64,000 nt of DNA, taken from positions 43,793,830 to 43,857,829 of the forward strand of contig NC_068990.1 in NCBI RefSeq assembly GCF_001194135.2, written 5' to 3'. Source of the DNA: Octopus bimaculoides. Lineage: Eukaryota. Below are positions 54,352-64,000 of this stretch, one piece after another. The notes under the pieces were generated by a model. That model had not been told where the DNA came from. It ran no database searches and worked only from the letters and a program-made list of their open reading frames with translations. Position numbers and translations under genes: made by a program. Every line of letters starts with the position of its first letter. Positions within the stretch are counted from its first letter, which is position 1.

Positions 54352-55144
54352 TACTTATTCCTTTTCTGCATATCAAGCATGACAAATAGCAGTAGAGTCC
54401 CATCTTCATTTTTGTTTATTAAAACTGTCTATATATTTATATCTTTGTTGTACATATATCTTCATTATTTAATGCCCATGTTCCACTTATATATATATGT
54501 CTGTTCACAGATAGTTATTTGCAGATAGTTTTATGACGCTTATTTCATTTACATTAATGAAACTGATTTAAACAATCTATACCCAGTGTATATAACAACT
54601 CCTATATTTTTAGTTGTCTCCCTTGCTTTCCTATCCTCTAAAGAAATTAGTTTTCCTAAATTTTCTTGGGTCCAGACTTTGCAACCAGACCTGATCTCCT
54701 TGCCAGTGTTTTTATGCATCTTTGGTATAAAAATTGTATTTCAATTTTTGCATATTATTATCATTATTATCATTATTATTATTAGCATTATTATTATTAT
54801 TATTATTATTATTTTTGATGTGAGGTGGTGGTGGTGGTGGTGGTGGTGGTCTTTGTGGTGGGGCAAATGAATTACATTGACCAGTACTTGGTTGGTACTT
54901 ATTTTATTGACCCTAAAAGGATGAAGAAAATCTGAATTTGAACTCAGAATGTAATGAGTCAGAAGAAATACTACAAATCATTAATTTTTATCCTATGCTC
55001 TAACGATTCTGTCAACTCACTGCCTTCACCATCATTATGATAATCCTTTCTCTTATACGTATAAGGCTTGAAATTTTGGTTGAGATGCTAGTTGATACTT
55101 TGATTCCAATATACAACTGGTACCTATTTCATCGACCCTGGAAG

Positions 55145-57372
55145 AGTGGGGGTAGCAGGGAACTGTACCAGATAACCAGAAGGGAGGCTGGGCGACAGGT
55201 TTACATAGCTAAGGGAGAAGCAGAAAAGAAGAAGTTTGCTAATGTTCAGCAACGTGCGGACCAAAGAATTGAAGTATTTCAGATTGCAAGACAGTGTGTG
55301 AGAGAAGACTGTGATGTCATAGGAGAGAAATGTGTCTGCATGGATGATGGTGCACTTGCTTTTAATGATTCTGAAGAGAAAGAGGCTTGGAGAAGCCATT
55401 ATGAAAGATTGCTGAGTGTGGAGAATGAATGGGAGGAGAGCCTGCCAAATGTTGACCCAGTAGAGGGACCAGCTATCCGAATAGACAGCTCCCTGGTAGA
55501 TAAAGCAATTAAGGGTATGAAGCCAGGAAAAGCCCCCGACCCATCAGGAATCATAGCTGAGATGCTTAAAATATCTGGTGGCGTGGGCTATGGCCTAGTC
55601 ACCCGTATTGTAAACCAGGTAGTTCATGAAGGAGTCATACCCAATGACTGGCATAGCAGCACCATAGTCAACTGCTACAAGGGTAAAGGTGATGCTCTAG
55701 ATAGAAATAACTACAGGGGTATCAAACTGCTGGATTAGGTGATGACAGTCATGGAGAGGGTCATAGCCCAACTAATTAGGGAGAGAGTCTGCTTAGATGA
55801 GATGCTGTTCGGTTTTGTGCCGGTAGAAGCACCACTGATGCTATATTCCTGGTACGGCAACTGCAGGAGAAATACCTAGCCAAAGATAAACCCCTATACT
55901 TGGCTTTTGTGGACATGGAGAAAGCCTTTGACTGGGTCTCCCGATCCCCTATCTGGTGAGCAATGTGGAAACTAAGGATTGACGAATTGTTAATAAGGGC
56001 TGTACAGGCCTTCTACAGAGATGCCATTAGTAAGGTTAGGGTTGGCAATGAGTATAGTGAAGAATTCTGGGTAGAAGTAGGATCCACCAAGGATCATCCC
56101 TCAGCCCCCTCTTATTCATCTTGGTCCTTCAGGCAATAACAGAGGAATTCAAGACAGGTTGCTCCTGAGAGCTCCTCTATGCTGATGACCTGGCTCTCAT
56201 AGCAGAATCACTACCAGAACTAGAGAAGAAACTTCAGGTGTGGAAGCAAGGTTTAGAACCGAAGGGCCTTAGAGTCAATGTCGCAAAAACCAAAGTCCTA
56301 GTAAGTAGGAAGGTGAACACATCACAAACCCTTTCGGGTAGATGGCCCTGCTCAATCTGTNNNNNNNNNNAAGGTGAACACATCACAAACCCTTTCGGGT
56401 AGATGGCCCTGCTCAATCTGTAGAAAAGGTGTAGGTAGAAACTCCATAAGATGTACCCAGTATAAGCTATAGATGCATAAGAGGTGCAGCAACATCAAAG
56501 TAAGGTTAACCGGGAAGATAGCTTTCGTGTGTGGCAGATGCACAGGGGCAATAAACACTGAAGATGTACAGAAAACATCCCATCACATGCCAGGGGAAAA
56601 AAACTAGAAGTAGTTGATAGCTTCTGCTACCTAGGTGACCAAGTCTGTAGTGGGGTTGGATGCTCGGAGAGTGTTGCTACTAGAATAAGAATAGCCTGGG
56701 CAAAGTTCAGAAAGTTCCTACCTCTACTGGTGACAAAGGGCCTCTTGCTCAGAGTGAAATGTAGATTGTATGATGCATGCTTCATGGCAGTGAAACATGG
56801 GTCATGACTGCTGAAGACATGCGTAGGCTCGAAAGAAATGAAGCTAGCATGATCCGCTGGATGTGTAATGTCAGTGTGCACACACGACAGAGTGTAATCG
56901 CCTGGAGAGAAATGTTGGACATAAGAATCATCAGATATGGTGTGCAAGAGAGACGACTGTGCTGGTATGGTCATGTACTATGGATGGATGAGGAGAGCAA
57001 CATGCCATACTTGAAGAGACTTAGTGCATCAATTACATCAAAATTAAAATCAAATCTAACCACAATCAAATGGAAATTGTAGTTGTGGCTGATGCCAGTA
57101 CTGCCTGACTGGTTCTCATGCTGGTGGAACGCAATAAGCACCATTCATGCATGGGTCATTGCCAGTGCTGCCTGACTGGCTCCCCGTTCCGGTGGCACAT
57201 AAAAAGCACCCACTGCACTCTCGGAGTGGTTGGCATTAGGAAGGGCATCCAGCTGTAGAAACATTGCCAGGTCAGATTGGAGCCTGGTGCGACTTCCTGG
57301 CTTGCCAGAACCCAGTCAAACCGTCCAACCCATGCCAGCATGGAAAACAGACGTTAAATGATGATGATGATG
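55145..57372 (+). mobile_element. 5'-truncated RTE LINE (best-preserved copy; stops and frameshifts)
   Basis: GKAPDPSG, IPNDW, NYRGIKLLD, LAFVDMEKAFD, LLYADDL, PHD-like finger, FCYLG, RRLCWYGHV, 3' UTR and (GAT)n tail. Confidence 0.93.
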
Positions 57373-57905
57373 AATGATAATAATAATGATAATAATGTAA
57401 AAGAAAAGTTTTTTTATTGTTTGGTTATGCCCTGATTTGTTGATATTGATTTTATTTTTTGTTTTGTTTGATTTTCTTTCTCTCTCTTTCTCTCACTCTT
57501 TTTTTTATCTAATTTCTTTTTTCTCATATACTCATAAACCATTCAGAATATGACCCTTTGTTACAAGGTAATAACATAGGTATAATTTTTTTAATTAATT
57601 AGAAATACAGAACTAAACAAAATTACCCTCCTTTTCTCTTTTAGTTTTATTTCCTGCTTACTATGCAATATTTCTCCATGCTTTGTAATTCCAGTTTGGC
57701 AGAATTCCATATTAAAGTAGATCTGTGTTGTTTTGTTGATTTTCGAACAGACTAGTGTAAAAATCCAATCTCCTTCTTTGCTGACATTTTAAATGTTCAC
57801 TACTAATTAGACAATTTTAGTTTTAGTTGCACAGTACCAAAAATATCTCATCATCTTTCTTTCTTTTTCAGCTGCCTCTCACTTCTTTCTGTCTGCCTTT
57901 TTTGC

Positions 57906-57952
<47 letters not shown>

Positions 57953-57982
57953 GTTATGTCTAAGTCTTACATCTTGTTACAT

Positions 57983-58319
57983 GATGGTGCATGGCTCATT
58001 GGTAAGCATCGGGCTCACAATCATGAGGTAGTGAGTTCGAATCCCGGACCAGGCTGTGTGTTGTGTTCTTGAGCAACACACTTTATTTCACATTGCTTCA
58101 GTTCACTCAGCTGCAGAAATGAGTTGCAACATCATTGGTGCCAAGCTGTATTGACCTTTGTCTTTCCCTTGGATAACGTTGGTGACTTGGAGAGGGGAGG
58201 CTGATATACATGTGTGACTGCTAGTCTTTCATAGACAACCTTGCCCAGACTTTTGCCTTGGGGAGTAACTTTCTAGGTGCAATCCCATGGTCATTCATGA
58301 TTGAATGGAATCTTTACTT
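57983..58319 (+). mobile_element. tRNA-derived SINE family 3
   Basis: A box TGGCTCATTGG and B box GTTCGAATCC. 16-bp TSD ttacatcttgttacat at 57967-57982 and 58320-58335. Confidence 0.9.
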
Positions 58320-59105
58320 TTACATCTTGTTACATCTAAGGCTGGACAATTGGTGTGTTAATTTATCTCCATTGAGAGGAAAAACATGTTAACGACTGTC
58401 ATTTTGTGCCCCTTCCTCACCTAATTGCCCCTCCCCTTCCTTCCCATATTGTCTTTTCTTTGATGACATGTTATTTCAGGAAATTGATTACTGATTGCTT
58501 CACATTATCACTCACTCTCCTTTACAGTTAGTTGCAGTTGCCACAGATATTTATTTATCTTCCTTCAAAGTGAGGATACTTCCAGTAAATCAAGAATTGA
58601 TAATGATTAGCATCTAGTTTGCATTTTATTCATTCTTATTTAAATTCATAGCACTGGCCGCTGAGTTATTTAATTCAGCTAATTTATATATGTATTTATC
58701 AATTTGTAAACAAACCCAAAGGCTATTAAATTTTGGAGAAAAGCAGCCACATAGGTCTTTTTATAATAACTGCAATTATATATTATTTTTTTATAATAAT
58801 AATATTATAGGCTCTAATTAAAGTGACTTATCTTAACAAACAGACTGAAAAAAGAAAAAAGAATCACTGGAAATTGAACATAAATAACACCAATGCTTAC
58901 ACAGCTCCGTACACACCCAACTCAGCCATGTAGCCCCCCCCACCATCAATTTCAGCCATATTTGATGTATAAATATTTTCTGTCTGTATTTATATTTATC
59001 AATTTGTAAACAAACACAAGGGCTGTTAAATTTCAGAGAAAAGCAACCACATAGGTCTTGTTACCGTCAATTTGTTTAGATTAGTCCCTTTAATTGGAGT
59101 CTATA

Positions 59106-59148
<43 letters not shown>

Positions 59149-60680
59149 AAAATAATATATATTAACAGTTGTTATGTATATATATATATACAAGTTGATG
59201 TACCTGGTAATTCCTGGGAAAGCAGGGCTTGGTTCCGTTCTCATAGTTGTTTCGCTAATTCAGTAACAACAATACAAAGTATGTAGCCCTTAAAACGGTT
59301 TCTGTGCATTTACAGAGAATATCAAAATGTCTTACAGAGGATCTTGTTTTTAGGAATTCCCAATAAGTTATGAAAACCCAAATTGTGAAGTCAGTTATGT
59401 AATTACACGAAATTAGTTACCCAATAGTAAGAATTGAAATTAAGCAATTAATTCTGGTTAGAAAACTCTGGGTAGCTAAATTTCAGAATTTTTTTTTTTT
59501 TGATTGTTTTTAATATTGTTATTATTAAGGCAGTGAACTGGCAGAATTGTTACTATGTCAGGTGAAATGTTTAGTGCTATTTTGTCCATCTTTCCCTTCT
59601 GGGTTGAAATTCCATCGACATTCTATGCATTTCATAGTTGTAATTGACCTGTTGACCTGTTTTTGCAAGAGACGTTTTACTTCTTAATACAACAATAATA
59701 GAAACGATCTGTCTGTGCAATTATGCAAGTTTGGATTCTATACCAAAATCATAAAGACAAATACACCATCTTTTATATGTAGGTATAACAAAAGATTTTA
59801 ACAGAATAGAATGTTAATTGAGCAAAGAGTCCTCTCAATTATTAAAGAAGTAAAAAGTATAATATAACTTGTGCTGTCATGTTCAAAGAACAGCTGAAGT
59901 CCTTATATTACAGGTTTCAAAAAATCATATATTTGTTTTGCCTTAGGCTCTCAATTGCTGATGGTGTTGTAAAGGTACTGTTGTAATATCTGGTATGTTA
60001 TAAACATTTTTATACCTGGTGCAGCCAATATCTCTCTAGGTTAAATTATGGTCAATTTCTTCTAGAGAGACAAAGACAGAAGGAATGGGAGAGGAATCAA
60101 CTCCAATGTTGGACTAGTATTTAATTTAATTGTTTGAAATGGATGAAAGTAAAGTTGGCCTTTGCAGTATTTGAACTCAGAGCATAGAAAATTGAAAGAT
60201 TACCACAAAGTATTCTTTCCAACCCTCTAGTGACTCAGTCAATTCAATGCCTGCATGTAGATGTTAAAATGTAGATCCATTGCAAAGACAGTTAATGTTG
60301 ACATTAGTTGTAGTTCTTGTGCATCAGCTTCCAAATATTCACTTCATCTGTTTAGCCAACACCAGATTTTGTCACTATTATTATCAGTGTAGTTGATACC
60401 AGAACTGAGTTAATGATGAAATATAATGCAAATTTTAATCACTGGCTTGAGACAGTCAAAAGCAACAATATACCTACTTATTAGCAGTTAATTCATGGGT
60501 TCAAAGAACTCTCGTGGCAGTCTCCATTCCCATGTTTAGACTGTTAATGTTTGTTCCTTGCACACATTCTAAAACCTTTCCAAATTTAGATTTTCATTTT
60601 TCAGTGTTTCAGTTCTTGTATATGTTGAGAACAAGTACTTTTCTCTACTATCCAATTGTTTAACTTGCTATTGGCATATA

Positions 60681-61950
60681 CAAAGTATTCAGGCTAAATT
60701 TGACAGTTTGCATAAAAGGCAAAGAAAACAAAATATCCTATCCAAGAATAAACGTATTTTAAAAAATCAAAAGATGCCAAGAGATAGATAACAGTTTACT
60801 CAAAGTAGCTGCCCTCAACTTCCACAATGGCCTCAAGATGGTTCCAGAACCTGGCACATGCATTCCTCACTGGGTCCCTGAGAAGAATTTTGAATACCTC
60901 TTTGATCTTGACCAGCAGTTCAGCCTTGGTGTTGCAGGCATTGTGGTTGGTGTTTTTCTCAACTGTGCACCACACATAATGATCCATGAGGTTACAACTG
61001 GAGGAATTAGGAGACTAGAAATTGGCACTGGTGAAGTTGTAAAAATTTGCTGACTGGAGGTATGGCAAGGAGCCAAATCCTCTTGCCACATATCCTTTTG
61101 CCACCTTACAGCACATCTTCTCCAGCCAAGGTTTGACCACAGCCTTCAGCAACTTCATGTAGCTGTCTGAATTGAGTTTAAGACCTTGTTGAAAGATGTG
61201 GGGCAACATGACATCACCTTCATAGGAGACACATTCAAAAACCATTATAGTTTGAGGGAACTTGGTTTTCATGGTACATGGGACATCACATGGATTGTGG
61301 GCAAGCCATCTGTTGTTCTAGGTGTTGTGCAACTGGTCCTGACAGAAGTTCCTTTCATCTGAGAACCAGATCATCTTCTGCTCAACAGGATGCCTCAGTT
61401 TGTTCAGGAATTTATTTGTTTTTGTTAAGTTGTTCTTGGTTGTCAGAACTTGTCTCTTGTACAAGTGGTAGTGAAGGTCCTCATTCAGGGCTAGCGTCAT
61501 GATGCCAACTTCAATACACATTTCTCTTGCCAAAGTCTGGATCCCCTTGCTTGGATCTGCCAAAGTCTAGATCCCTTGCAGTTGCTGGATGAATTCCAAC
61601 ATGCAGACATAATCAAAAGGTCCACTGTGTCCCTTCCTTCTGGCTACAGCTTCATAGCCTCCATTGCAGCTGTCCATGTCATGTCTTATAGCCTTACAGT
61701 GTTCACAGAGTATTGAGCAGCAGTCATGATTTTGGCATTTTGATACCCAGTGTGAATCATCATGACACAGGTAACTCTGAGACAAGTAACTCTTTTTCAA
61801 TACACAAATGGCTTCCAGTCCTCTATGCCAGCTAGCTTTTTCACAGCTACAACTTTAATCTTCATACTCTCTAAAACTGTTAACCAATACACCAAGTTGT
61901 TCCTCAAAAAAGGAGACATAAAAAAATCATCAATTTTAGCCTGAAAACTG
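60681..61950 (-). mobile_element. Near full-length maT (DD37D) transposon, decayed
   Basis: TA-flanked TIRs caaagtattcaggctaaatttga / tcaattttagcctgaaaactg. Transposase remnant MIWFSDE, TKFPQTIMVF, WQEDLAPCHTS, DHYVW, ...VEGSYFE. Confidence 0.88.
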
Positions 61951-61977
61951 TAGTTAAAAAAGACCACTGCTATTTTA

Positions 61978-63229
61978 TTAGGTTGTCAAGAAAGTTCTTG
62001 CGGTTTTTAACCTTTAAATTCAGATGCACATATCTCAGCTCAAACAAAACGTTATTAATTGAAATAAACATCATCAGAATCAACACACTTTTACCAACAT
62101 GAAACAATTTTATTTATGCCAGTAGCATAAAAATCCTGAATTCTGGTGGTGATGAAGTTACTGAAGGCGTGTTTGGCATCGTCTTGGTTTTTGAAGCATT
62201 TCTCACACATGAAGTTGTTGAAATGCTTGCAAAAGTGGTAGTCGGTAGGCGAGAGGTCTGGTGAGTATGGCAGATGAGGCAGAGTTTCGTAGCCCAATTC
62301 GTCCAACTTCTGCAGGTTCAGTTGTGCGACGTGCAACTGAGCGTTGTCGTGGAGAAGAATTGGTCCTTTTCTATTGACCAACGCTGGCTGTTGTCGGAAT
62401 TTCTTATGCATTTCATCCATTTGCTGACAGTACTTCTCTGCCATAATGGTTTCGCTTGGATCTAAAAAGCTGTGATGAATGAGACCGGCCGCAGACCACC
62501 AAACAGTCACCATGACCTTCTTTTGGTGCGACTTTGGCTTCGGGAAGTGCTGTGAAGCTTCGTTGGAGTCCAACCACTGAGCTGAGCATTGCCGCACTTT
62601 TCATTGCAAATCACAATCCGGTTGAGAAATGGGTCATTCTTGTTGCGTAAAAGAAGGGAAGACGACATTACAAAACGGTGTTTCTTTTTGGTTGTTGTTC
62701 AATTCGTGTGGCTCCCATTTCTCAGGTATTTTTGTTTTTCCAATCTCTTTCAAGTGGTTGGAAATTGCCGTATACGTAAGCTCTCAAACAGTTGTGCGTG
62801 GATTGGCTTTCACTAAGGCTCTCAGTTGATTGTTGTCAACATCCGATGGCCGACCACTACGCTTATCATCTTCAAGACTCTCGTCGCGGCTACAAAATTT
62901 CTTGAACCACCATTGTGCTGTATGTTCATTAGTGATTCCTGGGCCATACGCATTGTTGATATCGCAAGCTGTTTCAGCAGCTTTTCGACCTAGCTTCAGC
63001 TGTGGAATAAGAAAATTGTGCGAATTTGCATTTTATCCATGTTGTATTCAACGTTCTGGAAAAAATGGCCTAATTATTCAAAAAGAAAAAGAATAACACG
63101 ATTAGATAGAGCGAAAAACGGGCTTTAAAATGATATATAAAGTCAAAGTAATTTAATGAAAATTCATTTGAAAATACATCATTTAAAACCAAAATTAAAA
63201 ATTCCCCAAGAACTTTCTTGACAACCTAA
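61978..63229 (-). mobile_element. Full-length mariner (DD34D) element with disrupted transposase (about 63040 to 62057)
   Basis: 1252 bp with TIRs ttaggttgtcaagaaagttcttg(c/g)gg and TA TSD on both sides. Motifs VMVTVWW, ILLHDNA, YSPDLSPTDY. Frameshifts and stops present. Confidence 0.95.
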
Positions 63230-63743
63230 TATTTGGTTGCTGACTGCTGAAAGTTAAGTTTCTATGACTGTATTTTGATCTTTATAAGCTGAGACTTGAC
63301 AATATTAGCTAATTTACTGGCTGATTTTAATTACAGTGCTTTAAATTACCAAGCTGAATTTCTTTCTGAAGCCTTGCTGATACTCGTTCATCTATTTCCT
63401 TCACTTGAATTATATTTTCCACTTTATTACAGATTTTTAAATTTCAAGCATAAAAAAAAAGCTTATTAAATTTTTAAATTCTATTATTTAAAACATTTTT
63501 GATTCTTAGCCTTTATTTTAATAGTGAAGAACTTGCATTATTGTTGATTCTCTGTTCACTTAGAAAACCTATTCTATTATATACATAAAAAAATGTAAAA
63601 TATTCATAGAATTATTATAGAGAGATCATTCTTTTATTTAAGAAAATATAATATTTTCTTTATTTATTTCATCTAAAAAACATGTTAGTATGTTAATCAC
63701 AAGTGTTTCTTTAAGACATAATTTTCTACCTGTGATTTTGTAG

Positions 63744-63821
63744 GTTACCCATATCCAGCACCACCTCCAGGACAACCTGTACCAGGATCAATTCCTCCAC
63801 CCTATGCACAGCCTATTCCCA
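63744..63821 (+). CDS. Shisa-like gene exon: Pro-rich tail with PPxY motif (GYPYPAPPPGQPVPGSIPPPYAQPIP); gene continues beyond the window
   Basis: Acceptor tgattttgtag| and donor CCA|GTAAGA. 78 nt, phase 1-1. Contains PPPY, the WW-domain ligand typical of Shisa-like tails. Confidence 0.85.
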
Positions 63822-63925
63822 GTAAGAATGTAGTTTTTCTCATATCCCTTCTTTCCACCCCCAGTTTTCTTCTCCTGCTTCTCTGTTCACTAATTGTATG
63901 TATTTATCTTTCTCTCTCATATATA

Positions 63926-64000
<75 letters not shown>

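Noticed and set aside
56311-56421. Perfect duplication of about 50 bp in the LINE (similar case at 43200-43310)
   Set aside because: The identical copies flank a 10-N gap, typical of an unmerged contig overlap.
57983-58065. tRNA-like sequence with A and B boxes
   Set aside because: It is the head of a TSD-flanked SINE and has no convincing cloverleaf.

Overview
Eukaryotic, AT-rich, microsatellite- and transposon-dense genomic DNA with several N gaps. The SINE and LINE families present suggest an Octopus-like cephalopod (inference, not a database result). One spliced + strand host gene spans the window, with exons at 5668-5738 (candidate), 7657-7722, 33522-33770, 38615-38762, 42260-42378, 46720-46836 and 63744-63821, and it continues past the right edge. 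The exons join in frame through canonical GT-AG introns. They encode a Shisa-like type I membrane protein: signal peptide, an acid-free Arg/Ser-rich module with a short hydrophobic core, a C-C-CC-CC Cys domain, one TM helix and a Pro-rich tail with PPxY. The introns hold two internally deleted Ty3/Gypsy LTR elements side by side, a solo LTR, RTE LINE copies with a PHD-like finger inside the RT region, and Tx1-like and R4/Dong-like fragments. They also hold mariner (DD34D), maT (DD37D) and Tc1 (DD34E) transposons, MITEs, three tRNA-derived SINE families and a hammerhead-like motif. No transposon ORF is intact. Most six-frame ORFs are artefacts of gaps, microsatellites or decayed repeats. No CRISPR, rRNA or true tRNA genes were seen.
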